DNA of 63,671 bases, counting the filler, from Olpidium bornovanus S191 (taxonomy: Eukaryota > Fungi > Olpidiomycota), in the NCBI GenBank assembly GCA_017911155.1. It is 32 parts of 32 records of this genome, joined end to end, with 100 filler letters (N's around TTAATTAATTAA, not from the genome) between each part and the next. Parts side by side here need not be neighbours in the genome. Positions count along the whole stretch, not along the records: positions 36,254 to 38,804 come from JAEFCI010008410.1; positions 38,905 to 41,531 come from JAEFCI010012834.1; positions 41,632 to 44,071 come from JAEFCI010006690.1; positions 44,172 to 45,506 come from JAEFCI010013106.1; positions 45,607 to 48,291 come from JAEFCI010013375.1; positions 48,392 to 49,416 come from JAEFCI010013233.1; positions 49,517 to 50,794 come from JAEFCI010007410.1; 25 more parts are not named here. One strand, given 5' to 3'. The translations under genes and the position numbers were made by a program. The notes below the pieces were generated by a model. The model made no database searches. It saw only the letters and a program-made list of their open reading frames with translations, and was not told the DNA's origin. This document shows positions 36,254 through 49,578 of this stretch, piece by piece (the stretch's first letter is position 1; the number at the start of each line of letters is the position of its first letter).

Positions 36254-37855
36254 CATGGGATCCAGCGGAAGCTCTTTTCCCTTCTTGTTCGCGGAATTTT
36301 CGATGGTGATGGTCCCGTTGTACGTGTACAAGCTGTTGTTCGGCGTCTCGGACCTGATGAACCCGCTGAGCTTTGAGATCTCCTCGGGCGAGCACAGCTG
36401 CGACGTCTCCGGCAGGGACTGCCGGATCTTCAGGTTCGTTTCGCTGGGAGGAGGCGGAAGGGAAGGGTGGGGGAAGGACGTGTTTTTTATTTTTTATTTG
36501 CCGTGAACGTCAGACGACTAAATCCTCCCTCCCCCTCCCTCCCCCCACCCCACCTCACCGCACCAGCCCTCCACCGCCCCGGGCCTTTTCCTCCGCCTCG
36601 CGTCAGTCGAAAATCAAAACAAAAACTTCGAAATGCTGCCTTTCGTTTATTGTTTTCTTTTTTTTTTTCTTGTTTCCATAAAAAAAGGAAACCATCGCGA
36701 TATTTACCCGTCGAGGTTACTTGTCTCGATGTAACAGAGGCCCTCGGGCTCCGACGAGCTGAGCAGGATCAGGTCGGCGGGGAAGAACTGGCCTCCCTCT
36801 ATGCGGACGGTGTCTCCCACGACGATTTCTCTCCACGGCTTTTCCACGAAAGTGGACCCGACGAGGACCATCGCGACGGAGGCGTTCACGGAGGCGTCCG
36901 ATTTGTGCCGTTTCTTGCGATCGCAACAACGACAAAACAAAGCAAAAAAAAAATTAAGGGAGGCGGGGGAAGGGGGGAGGGTCAGCGTTACTGCTTTGCA
37001 AATTTGAGAGTAACAGGTCTAATTCCCTTTTTGCGCATCACAAAAGAAAAAAATGGTTGGGTGACCTTACGTAATCTTCGACAAATTCTTTGAACGCCGT
37101 CGCCATCAGGACCATGGCCAGCGGCACGGCGGTCGTGAATCGTGATGTCGGCGAAACACCTTCTATTTGCTGTTACCGGATTTTCACACCGCAAAAATTT
37201 AGAAAAAAAAATTGAGCAGCAATTAGTTGGTTTAAGCTCTTCTCCCCTTCCTCCCCACCCCCCGTCGCTCCGCACTCCCCCCCTTCTCCTTTTGCAGCAC
37301 AACACGTGGAAGGAGGGGAAAAGACGGGGTGTGGCCACACCTGTATGCAGGCGGTAAACAGGAAAAACACGTTGGCGTATTTGCTGAACTCCTGGAAGAG
37401 AAACTTTGGGACGAAGGTGACGGCGTTGTACTTGGCGGTGGAGATGCTGTTGTGCAGCCACTTCTTGAGGGCGTTGCGCTGCGTGTCGTTGATGTAGATC
37501 TCTCGGCACTCGGGGTCCCTGCCGCCGGGGGTCGACATCCTGCTGTTCGAGCGGTGCATCTTGCTCGCGCTCCTGTTGTGGTCCGGGATCACCTCGAAGG
37601 TTTCGGCCGCGTACGGCCCGTCGTCGCGGCCGGCGAACTCGGCGTCTGAGCTCCGCGACGAATGGCTGGTCAAGGGCCGCTTGTGGTCGCCGGCAAAGCC
37701 TGGGGGGTTGGGGGAAGCCGCCGCCAGCAGCGGGCCGGCAGATGATAAGAACGCACACGACGCACACGCAGAAACACACACCCGCCCATTCACCCGCACA
37801 CACACAGACACACACGTACGCACACACACACACACACACACACACACGTACGCAC

Positions 37856-37886
<31 letters not shown>

Positions 37887-37904
37887 AACGCACATCCCCT
37901 TCCG

Positions 37905-37938
<34 letters not shown>

Positions 37939-38193
37939 ACCGACCACCGTCGCCGAATTCCTCGTCGCCGCCGTCCTCCTGGCCGGGCAGATACGGATCT
38001 TTCCGCACGTCGGCCGCCGGCTGCGCGGCGGCCTGGCTGCCAGCCGCCGCCGCCGCCGGGCCGAACAGGTCGACCGGGGTGTCCAGGTCGCTGGTTGGCG
38101 TCGATTCCCCGCACGGGAAGTACCCCGAGGGCAGGCCGCGCGAGGCCGCCGAGGCCGCCGCCGGGCCGTCCCGGGGCTCGTAACCCGGAATTC

Positions 38194-38225
<32 letters not shown>

Positions 38226-38510
38226 TCCGGCTGCAGCACGCCCGGCTTCGGGGAAGGGAGCCCCTGGAGCGGGCTGTATCGGACGGCGGTGCTGCCGGAA
38301 CCGCCGCCGCCGCCGCTCCCGCCGCCGCCGCCGCCGCTCCCGCCGGTGGTGGTCGCTGCGTTCAGGTACGGGCCGTCCCTTCCACCTGCGAACGGACGGC
38401 CGGACGGCTCCAGGGCTGCTTGCGTGCGCGGGGATTTCTCGGCTTTCCTGGTGCCGGTGCCGCCGGGTGCTGCTGCCGGGTGCTGCTGCCGGCGGTTCGG
38501 TCCGAGAGGC
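36254..38510 (-). CDS. DRS2: P4-type ATPase phospholipid flippase (Drs2/ATP8A), N-terminal part
   Basis: NSISTAKYNAVTFVPKFLFQEFSKYANVFFLFTACIQ; FPADLILLSSSEPEGLCYIETSNLDG|ETNLK; EPNNSLYTYNG. Confidence 0.95.
37760..37890 (+). repeat. (CA)n-type microsatellite in a DRS2 intron
   Basis: Seen directly. Confidence 0.9.
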
Positions 38511-38609
38511 TGACGTCGAATCGAATCGGTGAGCGGGGAAAATGGGGAGAAAGGGAGGGGAGGGGGGGGGGGCGGGAAATTGGCGGGGCTGCCGGCGTGT
38601 GCCTGATTT

Positions 38610-38655
<46 letters not shown>

Positions 38656-40359
38656 CCCGGGGGGGGGGGGGGGGGGGTAGGGTGGGGGGCGTCATTACGG
38701 GACTAAAAAAAATACTCCGCAAAGGTTCACCTTCCGGTGGGCGGATGGGGCATGAACCTGGGATACCAAGACATCAATAACCTCTGCTGGAAGCTGGCTG
38801 TCCANNNNNNNNNNNNNNNNNNNNNNNNNNNNNNNNNNNNNNNNNNNNTTAATTAATTAANNNNNNNNNNNNNNNNNNNNNNNNNNNNNNNNNNNNNNNN
38901 NNNNACCATGCCAGATTGGCTTGCAAAAAGAGGGCCGTCAATCAAAATCGAGTACACAGGCCTGGGAACCGCCCGTCGGCAATTCAAAGTTCCCCCGGGC
39001 TGCCATCGGCAGGAAAAAATTTACAATTTTGCGCAACAAATGTGAGCGTTTGGGAAAGAAAATATATGCCAGTTGCACAATGAGCTTTACGCCTTACGGG
39101 TTAGTATAAAAAGCCGGGTTTCACGCGCCAGTGCCAATACACTGAATATTGCGCAAAGCGGTCGGTTCCGGGGTGCGGAGAACATCGCAATAGCTAGATC
39201 CTGTTGCCGAAGACGAGAATTTCGAATATGAAGAAAACAGAACAATAACAGATACCGTCAGCGTAAGTGCCGCATACAATGCAAAATCCATTTCTTAACA
39301 ACAACGTTGTCAGAAAGAGAGTTAAAAGGTAGCTAACTGTAGTCGTCATCGACGAAAACGGCGCAAAAACGCGACGTCCACGCTAAAGCCAAATGCCGGT
39401 ATCATCATAGCTAGGAGGAAAAAACGACGAATCCACGGTCAAATACATACCGGTTGGAAATCGCCGAGCTCGAAGCGCCTTCCGCTATGTTGGATTTGCT
39501 CTGCCGTGGAAACATATCGTAGGGAAAGCCCGGTGAGCGCGAATTCCCCGGTCCAGAAGCAGTTCATTGCTCAGTGGGCGTGTATAGCATCAAGTGACTC
39601 TAGTTTGAAAATAAGCGGCTGGGCTGCTTGCTAATACCAGCTGCAGGACAAAGGGTTCCGTAGCGAGTCAGCGACTGACCAGCAAAAGACTTGCAAACCG
39701 GAAGACTGCAAAACGGAAAAAAAAAGCCTGCGTCGTTTTGGTGCACGCGGAGCTAGCCTGCGCATAGGGGTCCGTCGCAAACCTTGCGGCACGTCACGGC
39801 ACGTCGAAAAAGGCACGGCACATCGAAAAAGGCACGGCGACCTTTGACGGGAAATTCGCAAAAACCGCGCACTGACCACGACATGCAAAGTGCGACGGTG
39901 GCACTGAGAGCGTTCCAGCGGCGGCAGCAAATAGGCGACGCGACATCTTGGCTTGCGGGCGGGGGAGGTTCGGGTGGTGTGGTGACGGGGGGCCGGGCGG
40001 CAGGGTTTTCCGGCGTCGGAGAGTTTTTCCGGCTCGGGGCGACCTCCCGGCGGCTACAGGTCGACCCCGCGGTCCGTTTTACGTTTTTAATTTTTTTTTT
40101 TTTTTTTTTTTTTGTTTTGTTTTTCTCGCCTTTCTCCTCCTCCTCCGCCCGTCCCCGCGAGAGTACCGAACGAGAGCAAAGGGTTGGGGGGCCAAACGCA
40201 ACAGCGCAGTTCTCAACATTCGGAGGACGGCAAACTCGCAACTCGCAACTTGGCCTCAAGCGTCAGCCGAGGATGACGCGATGATGCAGCCAATGAAGAC
40301 CATGGTGACACCACGGATTCGCTGCGGCGAGAACGGCTGACAACGTCGCCGGTGCCGCC

Positions 40360-41330
40360 GGCTGCTGAGGACATAGAAGAGAAAGAATCGCTCAGCGAAC
40401 AGCAGCGGCTCCAAACCCTTATGTTCGAGATGCGACAGCTCTTTCACGAGGAACGCGAGCGCCAGAACCGGCAGCTGCGCTTTCGCGATGAGCAGACCGG
40501 GCGACTATTTACGCGATGCGGGCAGTGGCCAATTCCGCAGAAGTCGCGGGGGTTAGCTCCATCCCCATGCTCCCGCGCCGGCCGAGTTCCCGGACAGTTT
40601 CCGCACAGGCCAAGCTCGCGCGCAGGCAGAGTCATGCACATTCGGCAATTTCCTCGGCCGCACGTTGCATGCAGACGAGGACGTCTGCAGGAGCCTCATT
40701 GCTGCAGTTCCCAAATTTACGGGCAGCGGACCAACACATCTCTACTTTTGCGTGGATCGCCGCCCTTCAAAGAAGGAAGTCGAGTTTTCAACATTTCCGA
40801 GCGCTTCAAACGCACGTTCGCGGCCTCGAACCTCAAGGACGCCGCATTGCAGTGGCGGAACGTCCACGAGTCGCGCGCGGAGCTCGGCGCCGTCAAACCG
40901 ATCGTCACATTCATTGAGCTTAGGACCCCCCTTAAAGAAGGAGTTCATCTCGGAAGACCACGAGCTCATCCTCCACAAGCAGCTCCAACGCCTTTTTGCA
41001 GCACTCATGCGCAATTTAGCGGCCTACAATCGGAAGATGACGTTTACCCGGCGGATCACCGGCCAGTCGGATTCCTCCTGGATCGCTCGGTACCGCAAGG
41101 GCCCACAATCACAGCTGCGGACGCTCATCATATCAAATCTCCAGTGGTTGTCCAGTCCAATCATCCAGCAGGGAAGTGGGGTTGTCGCCCCAAAAAAAAA
41201 AAATAAAAATAAGGGGGGAACCGAAGCGCAAGCCGCACCGTGCGGGGGGGCCGTTGGCGAAGGGCGGGTTACCCGACAAGAACGGAAGGGAAGCTTGGTA
41301 AACTCCTCGATGCCGTGCTACCTCGTGCGC
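40360..41330 (+). mobile_element. Degenerate Ty3/gypsy gag remnant
   Basis: VPKFTG; AASNLKDAALQW; TFIELRTPLKE / FISEDHELILHKQLQRL; AYNRKM; RYRKGPQSQLR follow the retrotransposon gag pattern, with frameshifts. Confidence 0.75.
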
Positions 41331-41631
41331 CGTCGGAAACCGGCTAAGTTTGACTTCCAAGCAAGTGCTTTTTAGCGGCAGCCCTCATCTCCCCTACTTC
41401 CACTACCACAACACTACCATACCACGACGACAGGCAGCACTACCATTCCCACACGGGACCAGCTTCTTCGATTTCGTTCCGGTGGAGGAGCACCACGGAA
41501 GGGCCGTCTATGGTGGCACTGCGACCCCATGNNNNNNNNNNNNNNNNNNNNNNNNNNNNNNNNNNNNNNNNNNNNTTAATTAATTAANNNNNNNNNNNNN
41601 NNNNNNNNNNNNNNNNNNNNNNNNNNNNNNN

Positions 41632-42943
41632 ACCCGCGCGGTACTGGCGCACGTTTACCACCACGCCCTGCACGCCAGGTTCCACATCGCGCGGGACTTC
41701 CTGCTGATGTCCCACCTGCAGGAGACAATCCAGAATGCGGACATCACCACCCGGATCATGTACAATCGCAGCATAGTGCAGTTTGGTATCTGCGCGTTCC
41801 GAAACGGCCTTATTAAGGATGCACTCGCATGCCTGTTGGACATCTCTGCGACGGGGAGGCCCAAGGAGCTGTTGGCACAGGTTCGTGCGTGTTTGTCAAG
41901 CCATTTCGCATTGAAGCTTAATACCGAGGTGATTTGGTAATGACTTCGCTTTGATATTTACTGTGTCCACCAAGGGAGTGCAATTGCCGCGACACTTGCA
42001 GACTACCCCCGAACAAGAAAGGATTGGGCGCCAGCGCCAGTTGCCATTCCACATGCACATTAACCTTGGGCTGCTGGAATGCATTTTCCTAGTTTGTTCC
42101 ATGCTTCTGGGAATCCCCAACATCGCAAAGCTTGGCCCTGGCCCTGACTCGAGGAAGAAGGCGATTAGCAAGCCGTTCCGGAGAGCGCTGGATTACCACG
42201 AAAGACAGGTGTTTACAGGTGAATGCTGAGAGTCTTGGTTGCTTCTGGCTGCTGCGACACCTGATGTGATGTGCCGTTCTTGACGGAGCTCGACAACGGT
42301 TTTAAGTCCTCCCGAAAGTACACGTGATCACGTGATGGCCGCGTCCAAGGCACTTGCGGTTGGCGAGTGGCAGAAGTTGCCGGGACCTGATCCACTCGAT
42401 CAAGATCTGGGAGCTGATGTTTGTGATTTTGAGAAGAACAAACCAATGCTGACCAGCAAGATCCAGGAAGCGGGGTCTGCGGACATTCCTGTTCACGTAT
42501 GCCTCGTATTATTTGTCGGTCAGCGTGGCACACCGGTCTGCTTCGTTCGGCATCCCGGAACACACGGTGCGCTCGTGCGTTGCGAAGATGATCCACTCGG
42601 AGGAGCTGGCGGCGAGTCTGGACGAGACCAGGAAGCTGGTGGTACTGCACCGGGTGAACTTGTCACGGATGCAGACCCTGGCGCTGGCGTTTGCGGACCG
42701 TGCCAACGCGTTCGTCGAGGCCAACGAACGCGCCATCGAGCATCAGATGGCAATAGAGGAGCGCGAAGGACGCGACCCGGCCGAGGGCGGCTACGGCCAG
42801 CGGGCAGGGCCCGGTGGTCGCGGCGGATACCGCGGCAGGGCCGCCACCGCGACCGCGGCGGTTGCGGCGGTGGAAACAGAACTTTCGACGCAACGCTTGG
42901 CAAGAGGCTCCACCTCGCCGGCGAGAGCCGACGAATTGAGTGA
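41632..42943 (+). pseudogene. NIP1: eIF3 subunit c (NIP1) C-terminal half with multiple indels; probable pseudogene or a low-quality consensus
   Basis: [66 protein letters not shown] and KMIHSEELAASLD; indels at about 42306, 42377, 42422, 42476 and 42838. Confidence 0.8.
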
Positions 42944-44036
42944 CGCAGCTTTTTACGGGAGCTGGATAAAATAGGAATGAACGAAAACTTCCACGTTTCA
43001 AAACGATTTTGCGTTTTTCCGTTTCTGGTTGGTTTCTGAGGAGATTTGTTACTTTTACGTGGCGCATTATAATACTTACACTTTATAATATACATAGTAT
43101 TAAATCAAATATACTAGTTAAAATTACAATTTACTTCTTGGATATGGAGTACACCCTGCTGCAGCGCGTGCGGATTCCCAATGGCGCGCTGCACCCCGTT
43201 TTTACCCTAAATATTGGTTTCTTTCCAGTCTTGCTCTCTGCCGCCTCCTCCGGAATATTCTGTCGACGTTAAACCCTGGGATTTAAACCATGGGACTTCT
43301 TTTTTTTTCGTCGAAATGTTTTTTTCTTTTTTTTTTTTTTTGCGGGGTAAAATCTTACGGAAGAGCCGTCGCATCAAAACGGGGTTGTTCCCCGAGGCGT
43401 CGCAAACCAACGTAGTCCGTCGACGTATGCCAACTCTACGTCTGGTGAAGCCGCTGAACTTGGCAAGGTCGCACCGCTGTGCTGTGCCATCACGCGATAA
43501 TCGAGCCGACCCTCTTACGAAGGGACTTATTTTGATCGCCGTCACGCAGCACCCGGTGTCACTCCTACTCCGGCAACGCAGACGAAGAGGCGACACGTCG
43601 CTGACGAAACGACCTGCGTATAATCTACGTACACCAAAGCAACGCACAAAGCACACGCGCAGGCGCAAACGCAAAACACGTCACTCACGGTTTGAATCCA
43701 AAAAAAAAACCCCCCCCTCTGTCCCCCCCCCACCACCATTTCCCTCGTTTCTTCACGGCGGTGCCCACCCCGCCCCCGCCGCAAGGACGCGAACCCAAGG
43801 GGCACCCCGAAAGCCGTTTCGCGCGGCGCTTTTCCCTCCCGGCGGCCCCTCACCTCCTCCCCTCCCCTATTCCCCTGACGAAGGGAGACGGAGACGGAGT
43901 GCGCAGACGCGAAGGGAAAAAGGGACGAACGCGGCTCCGTGAGAGGGGGAAGAGACGGGGCCGCCCTTTCGTTATCTACGTCCAGTCTTTTTGTATGCAA
44001 GGGCTAGATGGCCGACTGCCCGCGTGCGCGCGCGCG

Positions 44037-44071
<35 letters not shown>

Positions 44072-46330
44072 NNNNNNNNNNNNNNNNNNNNNNNNNNNNN
44101 NNNNNNNNNNNNNNNTTAATTAATTAANNNNNNNNNNNNNNNNNNNNNNNNNNNNNNNNNNNNNNNNNNNNTCCGCGCAAAGCCGGAAAGGAGCCAGCCT
44201 GCGGGCGAGCGCGACGTTGGCGCGGCGAGGTCGCTGTTAGGCCGGCGCGCCTCTCTGTCTCGATGCTCTCTGCGCCGCAACCCCCGAAAGGAGGAGGCGT
44301 GCGAAGGAGGGACGGCGCGGAGTTGGTTGCACGACCGGGGGGCCCCCGGTATTTATACCCCGGCCCCATTTCCCCCTCACAGTCTGTTCCCCGCCTGGTT
44401 GGGTGCCCCGTGTCTGTTCACGGCCCCAAATGTCCACCAAATAAATGTTTTTAAGGAACAATCAATCATTCAAAAGTTGCCCACACACTGGCATTTCACG
44501 CGAATCGTACGTGCGCCCAGAGGCCACCTTAGAGTCCGGCAATCGCCTCCTCTATGGAACAATCATAATTGCTCAGTGTTGCGATTTTGCTCTCTTCTCC
44601 TTTCGTTGTTTGCTGTTATGCCGTGGAAGGGCGGAACCGGAGTGTGCCGGCTCCTCTCACCAGGAGTCACACTTTGATGATTACCTGAACCGTACGTAGA
44701 TCGCATCATACGGTTCGCAACTACTCCTCCTCACTCAAACGGGAGTTTCCATGGTTCCTCCCTTCATAGGAGACTTTTCTTTTGGTGCGCATACCCTCGT
44801 GCGTTGGAGAGGAGGATATAGCTCCATACACGGCATTGGTAAAAAGTGAGCGCATCAGAAAAAAACCCAAGACCGGAGTTGCCCGCAAGCGACACATCAA
44901 CCACTCAGTTAATGCCAGAGCAGCACTCAAAGATGTGCATACCCCTAGGCTCCTCCTGAGAAGGGCGTTTATTTACGCATGAGGCAACTTGTCTAAATCT
45001 CCATCTCTTCCTCCCGCAGGAAATATAAGATGTTGTGTTTATGCCCGCCTGTATTTGGTAAAAGCGAGTGCGAGGACGCGGAAGGGGGGAGCAGAGCTAG
45101 TTTACGTTTGCTGGGCCCCACGGGATTTATATGGAAGTGTGCGAAAGCCATCGAATTTCATTAGTTATGGATGATTTGGCATAGCCGGTTTTGTTTATGC
45201 ACACGGCGGTTAGCACGACTATTTGACGCCGCCTGCCACCAACACTCCCCCGTGATGCAAACTCCTTCCGACAAACGGGTGTGACGCGTCATCCATCCTG
45301 CCGCGTCGCGTCTCCTGGGCTCAAAGGGCGAGCCGCACGGGAGTGAGCTCGATGACGAGGGAACGAGTTGGGCGATGCGAAGTGGCGAGGAGGCGGCGGC
45401 GAGGCGGCGCGAACTAGCCGGGGAGGCGCGATCTCGATGGCAAGGTCGGCGGAAAGGCGAACGCAAAAGATGGGGAGCAAAAGTAACAGCAAGCGCAGGC
45501 GAGCGANNNNNNNNNNNNNNNNNNNNNNNNNNNNNNNNNNNNNNNNNNNNTTAATTAATTAANNNNNNNNNNNNNNNNNNNNNNNNNNNNNNNNNNNNNN
45601 NNNNNNGATCGGAATTGCGGGAAGGTGCGAGATGCGAAGGTAGCCCGCGGAAACAACAATGCGCAGGCGCTCGATGCAGAAGCCGGCCCTGATTTTGCGG
45701 GCGGGTGGGAAAGAACTCCACGGAAGGGCGGGGAACTTCCGGGAAGAAAAGATCTGGGTCTGAAGCTGCGGGAATGTTGCGATATTCTCATCACGTCTGT
45801 AGTGCAATGCGCTCGACAACTTTCCGGAAAGCGGGGCGCAAAAACGCCCTTGGGCGCCGTCTCGTCAGGCGGCCGCACTCGCGCGCTGCAAGTGCGCCTC
45901 CCGGTGGTCACCGGGCTGATCTCTGTGCAAAAACTTGACTTCGGGTCTTGCGTGACGGATGATGGTGCGGCAGCAAATGGGCTACGATGACGGCCCTACG
46001 GCAATTGACTCGAACGGCAAATCCACAAAAAAAATTTTCCCTCTCCGCGACTATTATTCGACTACATGCACCGATTTTCGATTTTGAGAACTGGTTCCCC
46101 AAAAACTCGGTTTGGGCGCAAACCCATGGCGCGGTGACGTCCCCTGTTTATTTCGAACTCGCAGTTTGAAATTGGGTCCAAGCGCCCAACTATTCGAGGT
46201 TTTCCGATAATGAGTTCAGATATCGCCACTCCAAAAACCAACAACGGCCAACAGCCCGCCCCCCAAAAAACCAAAAACTGCCATCCCGGGAAATTCGAGA
46301 TTTCATACACCAGATTTAGAAAGCGCGGCC

Positions 46331-48131
46331 TTAAACGCGTGGTGCTGATTTCCTCCGCCTCTTCTTTTTGGGCCGTTCAACCTCCTCCGGCTCCTCCTCT
46401 TCCTCTTCTGCGACTTCTCCTTCCTCGTGAAGTTCGTCGGCCGCGCCGCCTGCCGCGGCAAACTTTCTGGCTTTTTTGGCGCGCTCCCGGCGCTTCTCGT
46501 TGCGTTTTCTCTTCTTTGGATTAGCGGCCTGTTCCGCCTGCTCAAGCTGCTGCTTCCTTGCGGCGCTGCCAATCCGCCACGTCGGACGATTCGCGATGGC
46601 TGCCAGTTCAGGGTCCTCTTGCACGCGCTCCTCTAATTTCTGCCGGAAATCGCGCAGCCGGCTCTTCCTCTTCGCTGCAAATTTCCGCCGGTCGGCTTCC
46701 TGCTTGTGTGCAGCGCGATACCTGTTATATTTTTATTTTAGTTTTTTTGTTGGGAAAGTGCAGATGTTTTTTTGTCAGCTTCGGTGCCGCCGGCTGTTGA
46801 CGCGGCTTCCACGAAACACCGGGCGTGTGAGATGCGTGTAAAATAAAAATCTTACGGCGCGAGCTTTTTCAGCGAATAAAACTCGTTCATTTCCGCGTCG
46901 TCTGCCAGCAGGATCTCAGCCGGAGTCAGTCCGTAATCCGCCGGCTTTGTGCGCGCGTATTTGAAGCGTGTTGGCAAGTCGCCGATCTTCACGAATACAC
47001 GAGGAGACGAGAAAAGAAATTAGGCAAATCGTGTTTGCCGATAACAAACAAGGATAAGCAAAACCGGTGTAATGTGTACCATGTCTTCATAGTCTAATTG
47101 GTAGTACTCGTTCAGGTACTCGTCAAGTGACCTCTTGTTGTTCAGCGCCGCTGCCTTTGCCCTCATCGCCGGAACAGCGACCCGGTGCTCGGTAGCATAC
47201 CCTTCTCCCTGGTTCCCTTCGCAGCTTTCTTCTGGGTCTGCAGGAGGGTTCCACGCAACATTTTATCAACAAATTCGATAAATTTCACCCGCACACTGGC
47301 AACAGGCGGGCGGGAAAACGTGAATTGTTCCCGACAAAGGGGCGAAAACGAGAACTTACATTCTCCGGCCTCCGGGACGTGGTCTGCATCCATGATAAAC
47401 TCGTCTTCCTTCAACCGCGGCTCTTTCTTCTTCTTCTTTTTCTTTTTGTTCTTGGTCCTGTTGCTACCATTCTGGCGGACATCGGCTCCCTCGCCGCCCG
47501 CGGCGCCAGTGCTTCCAAGGAAATCGGACACATCGATATCGTCTTCAAAGACAGGTTTTATGTGAGCCTGTTTGCAAAGACGTCCGGAAATGAATAACTT
47601 TTGATGCAATCGCAGCGACAGCCCGGAGTGTCATAGGACACCTGGGAGCAGGCCAAACAGGGGCAATACAAGCTCGCGCTTTCCGGTTATAAGAACACAT
47701 TCGTTGCCAACGCAAACTGCCGGCATGCAGCCCTAGCGCTGCAGAGAGGAGCCCCTTGCCGCGCAACACTCACATTCCCGTCATTGTAGTAATCATCATT
47801 AAAGGCTTTAGCCATGATGCGATCGTGGGCGTCGGGGTCGAAGTCGCCCTCGAGGGTTGCTTCAAAGTCTAAGTCCTCAATGCCGAGGCCGGTCCGGCCG
47901 CCGCCCGTTCCGGCCCCACCCACACCAGCCACCTCCCGGATTTTCAAAAGCCTCTGCCGAATTTCCTCTTTCTTCAGGTTCTTTAGCCGCTTCAGCTCTT
48001 CCTCCTTCCGCTTCCGTTCCTCCGCTTTCCGCTGCGCTGCCGCACGACGTTGCAGCTGCCGCTTATTGTCCTTGCGCCGGACGAGGCCGTCGATATAACG
48101 TGCGTGAGTCACAATTTGCGTGCCTCCCCTG
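46331..48131 (-). CDS. KRI1: KRI1 (40S biogenesis factor), C-terminal half
   Basis: EELKRLKNLKKEEI; GDFDPDAHDRIMAKAFNDDYY; YYQLDYEDM|IGDLPTRFKYARTKPADYGLTPAEILLADDAEMNEFYSLKKLAP|YR. Confidence 0.96.
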
Positions 48132-48526
48132 CAAGAAAACGAAAAAAGAAAATGAACAAACAACGAAGAACAAACAGAAAAACAAGCAAAGGTTAAACAA
48201 AGAACAAACAAAAAACAAACAAAACGAAAAAAAACACGCAAAAAACAAATAATAAACAAAAAACAAGCAAAACCCCCCGGCCCCCCCCCCCNNNNNNNNN
48301 NNNNNNNNNNNNNNNNNNNNNNNNNNNNNNNNNNNTTAATTAATTAANNNNNNNNNNNNNNNNNNNNNNNNNNNNNNNNNNNNNNNNNNNNGGGGGGGGG
48401 GTGTGGGCGGGGGTGAATATAGCTTTCTCTCAAGGCCACAGAGTCGATGCCTGGTATCCTCTTCCTCAAAAAGTCGGGAAATAAGCCGGCGCTCGGCCGC
48501 CCGCCGGGTTCGGGCCAGGACGCTCA

Positions 48527-49416
48527 CATTTCCGAAGCTGATCGAGATCTGCTCGCCTTCTTTCAGGCTGTAGTCGACCTTCGGTGCCTCATTTGCTGCC
48601 TTCGCCGTTTCCCTCGCCTCCCTCTCTGCCAAGTTCTGCCTTAAGAAGGGTGTCGTGTCAACTTCCTCGAAACGCAACGCCATCCGGTCACCATTCTCCG
48701 CTCGGCGAGCAGCCAGAGCGAAGCCCCAAAGGCAGTCCGTACTTCATGAAATCCTGCAGCGCCACGTTGAAATCGAAGGCATCGGTTCTCTGCAAATCGC
48801 CAAAACGATCAGCACGGAGCCGGTAATGCTGTTTTTTTTTTTTTGGCCAAAAATCTGGATGTCCGCAGCATACCTCCTGGAACCCCAGGCCGAGAAACGC
48901 GTGTTTGCCTGCATTTCGGCAATTGCGCAGGAAAGCGCCCGGTGCCGCGCCGCCGTGAGGGTTTTGCTGTCCGGAACGCAAAATGTCGACGAAGTGGGGG
49001 CGCAATTGGGCGAACCTTTGTCTTCAACGCGCACCACGAAATACCTGCTGGAGTCCAAGACGGGCTCCACGTTGTTCTTTTCTGGCTGAAAAGGGCACTC
49101 GGCGAACAATTCGCCTGGCGGTGGGGTCATTACGAGGCCTCCTTAATCAAACGCGGCGGTGAGCGCGCGACGCCCGTCTCGAGGCTCACCGGTTCTGGGA
49201 TCTTCAAATCTGATGGTGGCTTTATTGCCCGTTGCAACAATTCGCAACCTGCCTTTCCACATGAAGCTGTTGACATCCCTGAGTGATGGGCGTTGCATGG
49301 AATTGTTGCCGCTTGTGGACGAGAGAACGCAGCGGCTGTCCCGCAACCCAGCGAAACACAAGAATTCTCAGCAATTATTTGGCTGGTATACCCACTAACC
49401 AGTCTGAGGCCTTATA
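48527..49416 (-). CDS. NECAP: NECAP (adaptin ear-binding coat-associated protein), internal exons
   Basis: YKASDW; WKGRLRI; GELFAECP; VEPVLDSSRYFVVRV; HAFLGLGFQE|RTDAFDFNVALQD; VDYSLKEGEQISI. Confidence 0.94.
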
Positions 49417-49539
49417 NNNNNNNNNNNNNNNNNNNNNNNNNNNNNNNNNNNNNNNNNNNNTTAATTAATTAANNNNNNNNNNNNNNNNNNNNNNNNNNNN
49501 NNNNNNNNNNNNNNNNCCTCCCCCCCACCCTCTCCCGCG

Positions 49540-49575
<36 letters not shown>

Positions 49576-49578
<3 letters not shown>

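Noticed and set aside
40360-42943. Gypsy gag next to the broken eIF3c, suggesting transposon disruption
   Set aside because: They are on different contigs separated by a linker, so adjacency is arbitrary.
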